Shown piece by piece: positions 39,649 through 50,056 of a stretch of DNA of 64,000 nt. The stretch is from Leptolyngbyaceae cyanobacterium. GTDB taxonomy: Bacteria; Cyanobacteriota; Cyanobacteriia; Phormidesmidales; Phormidesmidaceae. The notes under the pieces were generated by a model. The model made no database searches, had not been told where the DNA came from, and saw nothing but the letters and a program-made list of their open reading frames with translations. The position numbers were made by a program, and so were the translations under genes. The DNA lies in NCBI GenBank assembly GCA_965263355.1, contig CBDHHL010000032.1, positions 544,001 through 608,000 of the forward strand, in the 5' to 3' direction. Position 1 is the first letter of the stretch. The number at the start of each line of letters is the position of its first letter.

Positions 39649-40854
39649 CTATTGTTTCTTAAACGGCCAAAGCACACGACCGATTTGACCAAGGGCACGA
39701 CGGGCCACCTTTAGCCGGTGATGATTTGTCGGTAACCGATGAATGTATACAGCTCGGCGGATAATCCCCCCCAGCTTGCCCCCAAGACTAATACCAAAAC
39801 TCCAAACACCACCCACGCCTTTACCTAGGGCTAGCATATCGCCCAAATGGAGATAGTGAAAACGCTTGGCCTGCTTCTGGCGAGTCATATTAGCCAGACT
39901 ACCTGCCACAGCAGCAGCAGCTTGATAGGCGGCCTGGGCCGTATTGGGAACTGTTTTTGGTTGGGCAGCCACATCCCCCACAACAAAAACATTAGGATAG
40001 TTTTCCAGTTGAAGTGTTAGACGTACCTGCACTTGTCCCTGGTTATTTGTGCTAACTGGCCCACCTAACCATGCCACCGGTTCAGTGCCCGTCGCCCACA
40101 GTGTGAGATGGCTAGGCAGCTCAACATCCTCCAAATAAACGCTCTGGGGACCCACTCGATTAATTTGAGTTTTCAGATGCAGCTCTACATTACGCCGTCT
40201 CAACGCCACCATAGCCTGACGCTGCAGTCCTTGAGGAAAGGATTTGAGAATTTGGTTACCCCGATCCACCAACCGAACACGCCCCCTATCTCTCAGACGA
40301 TCGGCCACTTTGGTAGCCAATTCAACACCACTAGCCCCCGCACCAATAACGGTCACAGCCACTGAATGAGGAAATCGAGCCAACTGATCTAATCGCGCCT
40401 TGACCGCAACAACATCCTCTAAACTACGGAAAGTCAGGGCGTGCTCATTGATACCAGGAATCGGCAGCTGACGGGTTTTGGCCCCCGTGGCAACAACTAA
40501 ATAATCGTAATTAAACCGATCTCCCCGCCGGAGGGTAACCTGCTGTCTCGCCAAGTCAATATGGTCAGCCCAATCCTGCTGCCACTGAATATTAGTACCG
40601 GCGAGTAAACTTTGATAGGTAGGAGCCACTTCCCATAGCAGTAGCTCTTCAGTAAGCACTTCATATAGAAGTGGTGTAAACAGAAACCGCTCGCGCGGCT
40701 CAATCAGCCTAATAGCAGCATCTTTAAGGTGACGATATTTTTGCAAATATAATGCCGTGTACAAACCACCAAAGCCACCCCCAACAATCACAATATGCGG
40801 GTTATGAGTAGTCGCACGGTCCAAAGAAAATGTTGGCATAGGAGTTAAGGTCAT
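39649..40854 (-). CDS. Type II NAD(P)H dehydrogenase-like FAD oxidoreductase
   Basis: GGGFGG, FTPLLYE, GAGASGVELA and GD motifs. Confidence 0.88.
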   Translation of the reverse strand: MTLTPMPTFSLDRATTHNPHIVIVGGGFGGLYTALYLQKYRHLKDAAIRLIEPRERFLFTPLLYEVLTEELLLWEVAPTYQSLLAGTNIQWQQDWADHIDLARQQVTLRRGDRFNYDYLVVATGAKTRQLPIPGINEHALTFRSLEDVVAVKARLDQLARFPHSVAVTVIGAGASGVELATKVADRLRDRGRVRLVDRGNQILKSFPQGLQRQAMVALRRRNVELHLKTQINRVGPQSVYLEDVELPSHLTLWATGTEPVAWLGGPVSTNNQGQVQVRLTLQLENYPNVFVVGDVAAQPKTVPNTAQAAYQAAAAVAGSLANMTRQKQAKRFHYLHLGDMLALGKGVGGVWSFGISLGGKLGGIIRRAVYIHRLPTNHHRLKVARRALGQIGRVLWPFKKQ

Positions 40855-40905
40855 ATTACCTGTTTAGCAATTGCAATCACCGATGGCAATATCCTTAACC
40901 TGGTT

Positions 40906-41625
40906 ATGATGCAAAATGTAGAAAACTATCTCAGTAGTGGAATTTGGCCACCTGCCACAGCTGATTGTTACCAAACTCTAAAGCCAATCACGCTAGATTT
41001 GTGGCGTATCCCTTTAAACCAGCAGCCCCAGGTCGATATCCTATCAGAGGATGAATTGACCCGTCTAAATCGCTATCGGTTTCCAGCGGATCAACGAAAA
41101 TTTGGGGTAGCCCGTAGTAGTTTGCGTCGGATTCTGGCTAACTATGCTCAAACCAGGCCGACTGACCTTGTTTTTGACTATGGGCCTCGTGGAAAACCGT
41201 CTTTACGCACCCATGACTGGCTCCAATTTAATCTCTCTCACTCCGGTGAATATGCGTTATGTGGAGTTGCCAGACAGGTTGTGGGAGTGGATATTGAACA
41301 GCTAAGGTCCATAGATAGCTTAGAAGGACTGATTAAACGATGTCTAGCTCCCTCCGAACAGCAGACAATCGCTAAAACTCCATTACCAGAACAAAGTACG
41401 GCTTTTCTAAGGTACTGGACATGTAAAGAGGCCTATCTTAAAGCCACAGGCCAGGGCATTAGTGAATCTTTAGCTGCGATCGCAGTTGAATTAACCCCCT
41501 TCCCAAAACTAAACGTACCGGGTCAACCCTGGCAATTACGAGTTTTTGTCCCCTGTGATGGCTACACAGCCGCCATAGTAACGCCAACCACCGTTAGCCA
41601 AATACGTCTCTGGACCCCTAACTAA
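40906..41625 (+). CDS. Sfp/HetI-type 4'-phosphopantetheinyl transferase
   Basis: GKP, FNLSHS, GVDIE and WTCKEAYLKATG. Confidence 0.92.
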   Translation: MMQNVENYLSSGIWPPATADCYQTLKPITLDLWRIPLNQQPQVDILSEDELTRLNRYRFPADQRKFGVARSSLRRILANYAQTRPTDLVFDYGPRGKPSLRTHDWLQFNLSHSGEYALCGVARQVVGVDIEQLRSIDSLEGLIKRCLAPSEQQTIAKTPLPEQSTAFLRYWTCKEAYLKATGQGISESLAAIAVELTPFPKLNVPGQPWQLRVFVPCDGYTAAIVTPTTVSQIRLWTPN

Positions 41626-42176
41626 ACGAGGGCAGGCGGCACAGCCGACTCAGAAATAGCACCCTCAAGCCGCACACCAGACCAGTTAACTCCTCGTAAA
41701 ACCGTCCCCGTCAGATCAGCTCCGCTCAAATTAGCGTGGGACAAATCCGCTCCGCTCAAATCGGCAAAACAGAGCTTTGCACCCTGTAAATCTGCCCCTT
41801 GCAAGTTAGCCTGCCGAAAATCACTCAACCGCAAGTCTGCCTGCTGCAGGGACACTTCGGTTAAATTGGCAAAACTCAGACAGCTACGCAATACCAAAGC
41901 CCGACGCAAATCAGCTTGCCTTAAATTTATCCAACTTAAGTGGGCTCGCCAAACCATAGCCCCCGTTAGATCAGCCTGTTCCAAATCAGCTTGACTCATG
42001 TTGGCCCAGGTCAAATCGGCATAGGGTAAACAAATTCCAGGAAGAATCGCTTCAGGCAACTGGATCTCTCGCAGATCAGCCCGCTCAAACTGCCGTTGGC
42101 CAATGCTATACCGTCCAATTAATTGAGATACTTCCACTAATAATTCCTCAACCACTAGGCCGGATAGGATAAACAT
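41622..42176 (-). CDS. Pentapeptide repeat protein
   Basis: A(D/N)LxX repeats. Confidence 0.92.
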   Translation of the reverse strand: MFILSGLVVEELLVEVSQLIGRYSIGQRQFERADLREIQLPEAILPGICLPYADLTWANMSQADLEQADLTGAMVWRAHLSWINLRQADLRRALVLRSCLSFANLTEVSLQQADLRLSDFRQANLQGADLQGAKLCFADLSGADLSHANLSGADLTGTVLRGVNWSGVRLEGAISESAVPPALV

Positions 42177-42479
42177 ACGAAACAGCTCGCTAGCAGTGAT
42201 GCTAGCCGTTTAAGCTGAGTTTTTGTAAACTTATGTTAACGACAATTAATGTAACAAGCCTTGGAAAGATCCGCAAGCGTAGCGTTTGCCATGGCGGCCC
42301 CAAATGAATCATGAAACATTGACATATCAACTGGGTAGCCTGGGGTTTCAATGTCTGCCAACGTTGGCTTCAAACCATTACAACGTTTTATTAGAACAAT
42401 CTTGGCGTTCAATCGAGATTAGGTTTGGGGCAATCCGTGGTAACAATAGCGAAAACAGTAGAGGTCACCGAAATAATCC

Positions 42480-42974
42480 ATGGTCAAGCAGTGGTTATGG
42501 GGTTCACTTTTAGGATTAACAATGGTTTTACCTGGGACAGTTGCCCTGGCCCAGACCGAAGCAAAACCAGAGCCGGAAGATGCTTATACCAGGGCAATGA
42601 ATTTGGGCTATACCTACGCCAATCAGTTTGATTATCAAACAGCGCTGATTAACTTCCGTCGGGCCTTGGAAGAACGACCTGAGGATGTATATGCGATTAA
42701 TGCGATCGCAAACATGGAAGATTTCATCGAACGCAATCGTTTAGCCGCCATTCAAGCAGAAGTCGATAAACTGCAGTCCCGCCTAAACCTGGCTGCCCAA
42801 ACCAAAGATTGGGTTTGTGTGGTTACCACCGTTGATGCACTCATTCCCTATACCGAAGGGTTAGAGCGTGCACGCCTGACTGGTTATCGCAGTCAGCTCA
42901 CCGGAGTACTGGACTCCCGCACAGATGTAGAATTTTGGTCTACCGTATGTGAACCGGATGAACCTCTGCAGTAA
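42480..42974 (+). CDS. Secreted TPR-like hypothetical protein
   Basis: Signal peptide (VALA) and DYQTALINFRRAL helical repeat. Confidence 0.65.
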   Translation: MVKQWLWGSLLGLTMVLPGTVALAQTEAKPEPEDAYTRAMNLGYTYANQFDYQTALINFRRALEERPEDVYAINAIANMEDFIERNRLAAIQAEVDKLQSRLNLAAQTKDWVCVVTTVDALIPYTEGLERARLTGYRSQLTGVLDSRTDVEFWSTVCEPDEPLQ

Positions 42975-43042
42975 GGGGGCAGGAGCTTTGACGATGCACT
43001 AGTTTCTAAGCTGCTGATTTCTAACTCTTGACTTCTGACGTC

Positions 43043-44014
43043 TTATTCACTTAGCTTGCCGTCCTGAGACAGTGTCTTACCGGTAAGTGCTGCTTCCAGG
43101 AATTGCTGAGGTGGATCAATGTAGCGCCCATCCAGCTTGACTCGAAAGTCATGATGTTCACCCGAGCCCAGGCCACTGTTACCCGTTAAAGCGATCACAT
43201 CACCACTTTTAAAGGTGCCCGAACGGCACTCATTCTCCAGCAGGTGTAGGGACTGAAATACTAGCTGAGGGAAAGACTCCGTGGTTTGATCCGCTACCCA
43301 GCCGCCCCCATCAACATCCCACCAACAGTCCACGCTCACCTGGTCCCCAGCCACCCCAACGGCATACACTGGCGTTCCTGAAGGGGTAGCTACATCCACG
43401 CCATTGTGAGGCACGTTAACCGCTCCCGTTACGGGATGCACTGGACGAATCCGCATGTGGTCAGTCACCTCATAGCCCGCAACCGTATCCCCCGTTTTCA
43501 AAGTCAGGGCATTCTCTAGATCAACCGTGGCTTTTTTAGCCCCCGATAAACGCAAATCCAATACATATAAAATCGGCAATAAAATTAGCGCAGCACAGGT
43601 TGCTGTCAGCACAATCTTCGGGAGTCTGACCAAGGAAAACCTGAATGGTTGAGACCTCTTTTGAGCAGTCGAGTGAGACCTTACCGGAGTATCGACTGAA
43701 TCTAGGGGCCACGTGGTGACAGATCCTGTGGTTGAAGTGGAAGTATCCGCTGTAAACATCCCGTCTGGCTGAGCACCTGGAACTGTCTGAGCTGCGTCAA
43801 CAGGCGGACCGACTTCGTCTGCAGCCACTACAGCTAGTTCACCATTGCCTAATTTTTCTAGCAGTTCCGAAATACTGCCACAACCGACCGCTTGTGCCGC
43901 TGCTTTTGAACCATGCCAGGCCCTTGCCGAAACAGTGACAGTACAGCGGCGTTTGGTCAGAGTAACGGTTGACTGAGAAACATTATTCACCAGAAGACAT
44001 AGCCTCAAGGACAT
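43043..44014 (-). CDS. M23 family peptidase with TM anchor and N-terminal RHH-like region
   Basis: HPVTG..HNGVD, TGNSG..GEHHDF and a hydrophobic segment IVLTATCAALILLPILYVL. Start uncertain. Confidence 0.8.
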   Translation of the reverse strand: MSLRLCLLVNNVSQSTVTLTKRRCTVTVSARAWHGSKAAAQAVGCGSISELLEKLGNGELAVVAADEVGPPVDAAQTVPGAQPDGMFTADTSTSTTGSVTTWPLDSVDTPVRSHSTAQKRSQPFRFSLVRLPKIVLTATCAALILLPILYVLDLRLSGAKKATVDLENALTLKTGDTVAGYEVTDHMRIRPVHPVTGAVNVPHNGVDVATPSGTPVYAVGVAGDQVSVDCWWDVDGGGWVADQTTESFPQLVFQSLHLLENECRSGTFKSGDVIALTGNSGLGSGEHHDFRVKLDGRYIDPPQQFLEAALTGKTLSQDGKLSE

Positions 44015-44132
44015 TATTCTGCCCTTCGGCAGAAAGGACAGTATTCTACCCTTCGGCAGAAAGGACAGTATTCTGCCCTTCGGCAGAAAGGACAGTATTC
44101 TGCCCTTCGGCAGAAAGGACAGTATTCTGCCC
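44007..44132. repeat. 27-bp tandem repeat, ~4.7 copies, each with a hairpin
   Basis: Unit AAGGACAGTATTCTGCCCTTCGGCAGA at 44007, 44034, 44061, 44088 and 44115 (partial). Confidence 0.95.
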
Positions 44133-44257
44133 CTTATCCTACTGGAATCCAGCTGAAAGACAAGACAAACCTGACAGGTTGAGCAGTCCTATAGCGCATA
44201 ACCACAACAACCGCCCGACACAGTATAGAATAAGGCCGTCCTGCATCAGACCTAGCC

Positions 44258-44786
44258 GTGAAGTCCATCGCAGATATCCAGGCACTGATCCGTGAGATAC
44301 CCGACTTTCCCAAACCAGGTATCCTCTTTCGAGACATCACCACACTGCTACAAAATGCCGATGGCCTCAAAGCCACCATTGATTTGATGGCAGCACAGGT
44401 CACCGACTTACAGCCAGACTGTATCGTCGGCATTGAATCTAGAGGCTTTATTTTTGGCATGCCCCTGGCGTATCAACTTGGTCTAAGCTTTATTCCCGTA
44501 CGTAAACCCGGCAAACTCCCCGCCGCTGTCCATCAGGTATCCTATGACCTGGAATACGGTCAAGACAGCCTGGAAGTCCATCAAGATGCCCTAAATGAGG
44601 GCCAACGGCCCTTTGATTGTGGATGACTTGCTGGCTACAGGTGGCACCGCCGCTGCCACAGCAAAAATGATCGAGCAAACCGGGGCAACAATCGCAGGCT
44701 TCAGCTTTCTCATTGAGTTAAGTGACCTGAACGGTCGCCAAAAGCTACCCGATGGCATTCCTGTGACAACTTTAATATCATACTGA
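44258..44786 (+). pseudogene. apt: Adenine phosphoribosyltransferase with a frameshift near 44610 (real or sequencing error)
   Basis: [15 protein letters not shown] and RKPGKLP are in one frame; [12 protein letters not shown] is in the next frame. Confidence 0.85.
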
Positions 44787-44876
44787 AATGCCTTTCATAG
44801 GGGCATTGCATGCAACGCCTCTACGGCTCACATCCCAGAATTTTGCGCCTGATTGCCGCCAACTTTTTTCCTGCCC

Positions 44877-45929
44877 ATGACTGCAGAACCAACGTTCAAC
44901 CAATCTCGGTCCCCGCTGCAAACATTGCAGATGGTGCTCACCAGTGAGACGACACTCTATGTATTCAAACGCATTCTGCAGGCATTACTCACGTTACTGC
45001 TCGCCTCAGTCTTTAGCTTTTTTATCATTCAGCTAGCCCCCGGTGACTTTCTAGATGCCGCTCGGCAAAACCCCCAGATTTCTCCAGAAACCATTGAACA
45101 ATTTGAAGCCCAGTTTGGTCTTAATAAACCCATCTGGCAGCAATACTTTCAGTGGCTTTACCAGGTAGTCTTCAAATTCAACTTTGGTGAGAGTTTTGCC
45201 TACCAACGTCCGGCGGTAGAGGTTTTAGCGGAGCGGATCCCAAACACATTATTACTATCCATTGCATCAATTCTTGTCACCTGGGCCATTGCCATCCCAT
45301 TGGGCATCATTGGTGCGGTCAATCACAATCAGTTTACTGATCGTATTTTGCGAGTACTCAGCTACATCGGCCAGGGGTTTCCTGCGTTGATTACGGGTCT
45401 ATTACTTTTGTTTTTTGCTCAGCTGACCGCCCCTTTATTTCCCGTCGGTGGACGCACCAGCATCAACCATGACGACCTCAACTGGATTGGCAAAATCCTG
45501 GATGTCGGCTGGCACATGATTTTGCCTACATTGGCCCTGAGCATCACCAGCTTTGCTGGCCTACAACGCCTAATGCGGGGACAAATGCTAGACGTACTGC
45601 GGCAAGATTATATTCGTACCGCCCGTGCTAAAGGCTTACCAGAAAATCAGGTGATTTATACCCACGCCCTACGCAATGCTATTAATCCGTTAATTACGTT
45701 GCTTGGGTTTGAGTTTGCCAGCTTACTCAGTGGTGCCTTTATCACAGAATATTTCTTTGGCTGGCCAGGGTTAGGACGTTTAACATTACAAGCTGTTCAG
45801 TCCCAGGATTTGTATCTGATCATGGCCAGTTTAATGATGGGGGCCACCATGCTAATCATTGGTAACCTATTGGCCGACTTGGCGTTATCCTTTGTGGATC
45901 CGCGCATTAAACTTTCAAAGATGAATTAG
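44877..45929 (+). CDS. Peptide/nickel ABC transporter permease (DppB/OppB family)
   Basis: QDYIRTARAKGL and HALRNA. Confidence 0.9.
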   Translation: MTAEPTFNQSRSPLQTLQMVLTSETTLYVFKRILQALLTLLLASVFSFFIIQLAPGDFLDAARQNPQISPETIEQFEAQFGLNKPIWQQYFQWLYQVVFKFNFGESFAYQRPAVEVLAERIPNTLLLSIASILVTWAIAIPLGIIGAVNHNQFTDRILRVLSYIGQGFPALITGLLLLFFAQLTAPLFPVGGRTSINHDDLNWIGKILDVGWHMILPTLALSITSFAGLQRLMRGQMLDVLRQDYIRTARAKGLPENQVIYTHALRNAINPLITLLGFEFASLLSGAFITEYFFGWPGLGRLTLQAVQSQDLYLIMASLMMGATMLIIGNLLADLALSFVDPRIKLSKMN

Positions 45930-45933
45930 ATCC

Positions 45934-46338
45934 ATGCAGCCATTTCGCTCCTATAGCGGTCTTCTCGTCGGATTTATTATATTTGGCATTGTGATTTGGC
46001 TAGCTAACCGAGTCCACGGTGAGCTAAATGATCCAGGATTCGCCCAAACCGTACTGATTGCTGTTTCTGGCTGGGCAGGGGGCTGGCTGGTGGGGTTCTT
46101 AGTCGCCCCCAATACCAGTAATGAACTTAAAAATCTCTCCCAGGCAACATCCACCATCAGCGCCTTTGTCGCCGGGTTTATTATGGCCAAGATCGAGCCC
46201 TCATTTACTCCTATCTTTGCCGATGGTCGATTAATGAATGAACCCATCTACGGCATTCGCGTAATGATTTTCGTCATCTGCTTTGTGGTCGCTGCCATTA
46301 ACATGTATGTATTCCGTGAGTTCAACGGACGATTTTGA
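45934..46338 (+). CDS. Hypothetical membrane protein
   Basis: 134 aa with 4 hydrophobic segments, 4 bp after the permease. Confidence 0.6.
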   Translation: MQPFRSYSGLLVGFIIFGIVIWLANRVHGELNDPGFAQTVLIAVSGWAGGWLVGFLVAPNTSNELKNLSQATSTISAFVAGFIMAKIEPSFTPIFADGRLMNEPIYGIRVMIFVICFVVAAINMYVFREFNGRF

Positions 46339-46346
46339 GAAAGCCT

Positions 46347-46973
46347 ATGTATGCTGTCGTTTCTCCAGAAAAAATTCAACTACGGCCAGGTACGGTTATG
46401 CGGATGCCCGGCAGCTGGGACGATTACCAACGTTTGGCTCAGCAGCGAGGGGATTCGTCCATTCCACGCATCAAGTATCGTGATGGAGAGATTTTACTGA
46501 TGGCTCCATTACCAGTGCATGGTCGCGATGCCCATATACTGGGTCAAATTGCAACAGTGTTGTTGGAGCATAGGGAACAAGATTACGAGGCATTCACACC
46601 TATAACAATTGACCTGCCAGAAGCAGGGGGGATTGAACCAGACTACTGTTTTTACATTGATAATTGGCAAACGGTCGTTGGGAAATGGCGTATTGATTGG
46701 CAGAGTGATCCGCCACCAGATTTAGTTATTGAGGTGGATGTGACTAGCTTTACAGCTGCTGAGGATTATCTGCCCTACCGTATTCCAGAGGTGTGGATCT
46801 GGAAGAATAGGGCATTACAAATTTATCAACTCAGTGAAGATGGTTACACGCCTGTTTCCCAGAGTCGTTTCTTTCCAGAGTTATCTGTGCCAGAACTCGT
46901 TAACAAATGTTGGCAGCAGGCCTATGAACAAGGTACCAGCGTTGCTATCAAACACTTAAAGCAGTCTCTTTAA
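46347..46973 (+). CDS. Uma2 (DUF820) family protein
   Basis: EPDYCFY, PPDLVIEVDVTS and IPEVW. Confidence 0.9.
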   Translation: MYAVVSPEKIQLRPGTVMRMPGSWDDYQRLAQQRGDSSIPRIKYRDGEILLMAPLPVHGRDAHILGQIATVLLEHREQDYEAFTPITIDLPEAGGIEPDYCFYIDNWQTVVGKWRIDWQSDPPPDLVIEVDVTSFTAAEDYLPYRIPEVWIWKNRALQIYQLSEDGYTPVSQSRFFPELSVPELVNKCWQQAYEQGTSVAIKHLKQSL

Positions 46974-47067
46974 GTGTTTCAAATCACTCAAGCTCTGAGT
47001 GCATAAAGATTGACTGGATCCTCGAAAATTCATTACGGTGATAGTGTTATCGCTACGGTGACTCTCG

Positions 47068-48006
47068 ATGACACACCATCAGGAACTAGAACAACAGGCC
47101 CTGAAACTTACAGTCTTTGGCAATGCAGGCATGGTTCTGCTAGGTGTCGTTTTTGCTGTGATCAGCTCGTCTGAGGCAATTCTGTTTGATGGGGTGTTTT
47201 CGGGGATTCATTTGGCGATTTCCTTACTTTCACTGCGGGTGGCGCGTTTGCTGTATCTGCCCGAGGATAAGGAGTTTCCCTTTGGCTATGCCATGTTTGA
47301 GCCGTTGCTAAACCTGGGTAAGGGGTTGGTGATTGCGATTGTGGCGCTGTTTGCGCTGTTTTCGTCGGTGGAGTCGATTTTAAATGGGGGGCGATCGATT
47401 GAGGCTGGGGTGGCCATTTGGTATGCGATCGCAGCCTCCACCGGTTGCCTCATCCTTGCTTGGCAACAATACCGCTATGCCCAAGCCAGCCATTCCCCCA
47501 TCCTGGATGTAGATGCCAAAAACTGGCTAATCGACGGGTTGATCAGTGGAGCTGTGGCTGTCGCATTTGGGCTGATTCTAATGTTGCAACGCAGCTCATT
47601 CGTAGCCTTAGCTCCCTATGCTGACCCGGCTTTAGTAATTTTGCTAGTGCTATTTGTCTTACCGATTCCCATCCAAACAGTGCGAGACAACTGGGCTCAA
47701 CTTATGGGACAAGCACCAGCCGATCCCCTACGACAACAGGTAAGCGATATTGTGGGGACTGTACTAAAACCGTTACCCCATGAGGATTATCACCTACGCC
47801 CTTTGATGACAGGACGGTTAATCTACGTACAGGTATATGTCAAAGTTAGTAAACAACAGGCAAGCGAGTATGGTGTGGCTCAGGTGGATCAAATGCGGAG
47901 ACAGCTTTACCAACGGTTGCAGGATGCTTTTCCCTATCTGGCGATGGATCTGATTGTGACGTGCGATAGAAACTGGATTCACCGCGCCATAATGCCTGCG
48001 GACTAA
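47068..48006 (+). CDS. Cation diffusion facilitator family transporter
   Basis: SEAILFDG, FPFGY and YADP motifs with 6 TM helices. Confidence 0.88.
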   Translation: MTHHQELEQQALKLTVFGNAGMVLLGVVFAVISSSEAILFDGVFSGIHLAISLLSLRVARLLYLPEDKEFPFGYAMFEPLLNLGKGLVIAIVALFALFSSVESILNGGRSIEAGVAIWYAIAASTGCLILAWQQYRYAQASHSPILDVDAKNWLIDGLISGAVAVAFGLILMLQRSSFVALAPYADPALVILLVLFVLPIPIQTVRDNWAQLMGQAPADPLRQQVSDIVGTVLKPLPHEDYHLRPLMTGRLIYVQVYVKVSKQQASEYGVAQVDQMRRQLYQRLQDAFPYLAMDLIVTCDRNWIHRAIMPAD

Positions 48007-48131
48007 CAACTGCAAGCAACACACCAGGTAACAGATTACATCCCTCTGTGAGAATGCCTCCCCCTCGACGACTTAACCCTATCACCCAGCGTACTACAGC
48101 TGTTACTTATCGTGTGCTTCCCCTCAGCGAT

Positions 48132-49133
48132 TCACTGGAGCTTAAACCGCCCATAGCAAAGTCGTCTGTCTGGAACAACGTCTGAAAACACTTCATTAGA
48201 GGGCGTCTTGGCCATCTCTAGCGCGACCTGATGTGCCCGTTGTCGTAACGTCCTCCCCTTACCAAACCAGCTATTTAAAACTCTTTCTTCTTCTGAACTT
48301 CCATACTGGTGATCTAACCATTGCGTGATGGCATTGTAAGCATCCCACAGGGTTTTGCCACGATTGCCAATTCCTTGCTCAAAGTTCTGCAACAATTGGG
48401 ACTGGACTGACGACAATCTTGTCATGCGAACACCTAGCACTCGGCCCATGTAGGTATTGAGTAGTTCCTGAGTAATTTCTTGATTTGCCATCGCCTGGTA
48501 CTCTTCGACACAAATCTCAAATTCTCGCTTAGTTAGATCCACCAGATTCTGGACTTTGGCTAATTGGTCTTCCAAATTAAGAGTATGAGGAATGCAAACA
48601 GCTTTGCGTTGCCATAAATCACCAAAGCGGTGAGCAGCAGCTCCGGCCAGCGTGTTCATACAGACCACACGAATGGGAGTAAACTGCAGCCAGACAGCCG
48701 TTGAACCATCATGGGAGTTATGCAACAGCAGGTAAGGACGTACCCGATCTTCAGGACTGATGTTACCTTCAATATTCTTAACTCTGGCAAGAACCCAAAT
48801 GCGTCGTCCTTGCTGAAGACTGCCCGCTGCGTTTAGTTCAATAGTTCCGTTTTCCAGGAGGGGATCAAACCAACGAAAAGCAGCGTCATTTTGTAGCGGA
48901 GTGTAGTCGTGGTTGACGGTGCCAAGTAGATGCTGGTCGCGATCGCGTATCAGCTTTTTCTTAAGAATTGCTTCATCACTGTTGGCTTGAATGATCGGTT
49001 CCTCAATTACTTGCCAATCCAGTCCTGCCTGAACGATGGCATGTTCGGTCGTGGGAGCATTTTTCAGAACGGTGCCTAACCGGTGCCATGCTGGCTGAGC
49101 AACAAAAAAGCCAGATTCAAATTGATGGGCCAT
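48132..49133 (-). CDS. DUF932 (phage/plasmid-like) protein
   Basis: AWHRLG, AGLDW, NSHDGS, TPIRVVCMNTL and TLWDAYNAIT. Confidence 0.88.
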   Translation of the reverse strand: MAHQFESGFFVAQPAWHRLGTVLKNAPTTEHAIVQAGLDWQVIEEPIIQANSDEAILKKKLIRDRDQHLLGTVNHDYTPLQNDAAFRWFDPLLENGTIELNAAGSLQQGRRIWVLARVKNIEGNISPEDRVRPYLLLHNSHDGSTAVWLQFTPIRVVCMNTLAGAAAHRFGDLWQRKAVCIPHTLNLEDQLAKVQNLVDLTKREFEICVEEYQAMANQEITQELLNTYMGRVLGVRMTRLSSVQSQLLQNFEQGIGNRGKTLWDAYNAITQWLDHQYGSSEEERVLNSWFGKGRTLRQRAHQVALEMAKTPSNEVFSDVVPDRRLCYGRFKLQ

Positions 49134-49643
49134 GGGTTAACTTCCTGAGCCAAGGATTAACCCTAATGTAGCGCTGAATTTATCAAATGGATTTATTGTT
49201 CAGCAATGGATTTAATTAGGATTAGCAGCAAGCTTGTCATAGTAAACCTAATTCTAGAATGGGTAGAGGGCTTTTATGAGACAACAGTTTTTCATAACAA
49301 TGAACCGATTGCCTCACCACTGTTTACTCAATTGGAAATAGACGCATTTAAACTTACGGCTAACCAGATTTTACAAGTGCGATAAACGCTATCCTAAATC
49401 CCCATAGAAAGATCTGTTAAAAACCGTGATGTGAGATCGCAACTGGATTCACTTGCTTAGCAAAAATCTCACTTAACCCCCATGACTAGCGCTGTCATGG
49501 TCTAATCATGGGGATAATCTGTTTTCAGCCTTCAACCCTGTGGTCATTCTGAACCCAAAAATCAGATCAGTTAAGCTTCGCAACAGGACCATAGGCGATT
49601 AGGGACTTTTCTCGTAGCGTAGGGATAAAGCAAGTGACGTCCT

Positions 49644-49928
49644 ATGTTTACCAAGTCCTACTACTTACTGCGCTCCACCCATGATGGGCAATATCTAGCT
49701 GCTAAGCCACGAAACCAGGAATCTAAGGGCTTTCTGATGTTGTTTAATGCTGACTACGACGCCCTTAGCTACGTTAATCACCATGCCGCTGAAGTGGCCA
49801 ATCGCTTTGCGGTGGAACCCATCAGCGGTCAGCAGCTTAAACATATGATGGACCGATGGGGCTATGAAGGTATTGGAGTAGTCAACGATCCCCTGATACC
49901 TCAGGTAGATTTTTTGAAACGCAATTAA
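49644..49928 (+). CDS. Conserved cyanobacterial hypothetical protein
   Basis: YYLLRS..DGQYL...RWGYEGIGVVNDP. Confidence 0.65.
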   Translation: MFTKSYYLLRSTHDGQYLAAKPRNQESKGFLMLFNADYDALSYVNHHAAEVANRFAVEPISGQQLKHMMDRWGYEGIGVVNDPLIPQVDFLKRN

Positions 49929-50056
49929 CGGTTGGTGTAGCGTAGAGCAAATGCCTATTCACACAACAACCGTTTTAACGGTAACAAATCAGGCAAATAA
50001 TCTCACAGATCATTCGCCTGATAGTTAACATTTAGCCTGAAATACTTGTCGTCAAA

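Noticed and set aside
44007..44132. CRISPR array
   Set aside because: The units are contiguous with no unique spacers, and there are no cas genes in the window.
43969..44295. 108-aa ORF with FCPSAERTV repeats
   Set aside because: It is a translation of the 27-bp DNA repeat and overlaps the M23 gene and apt.
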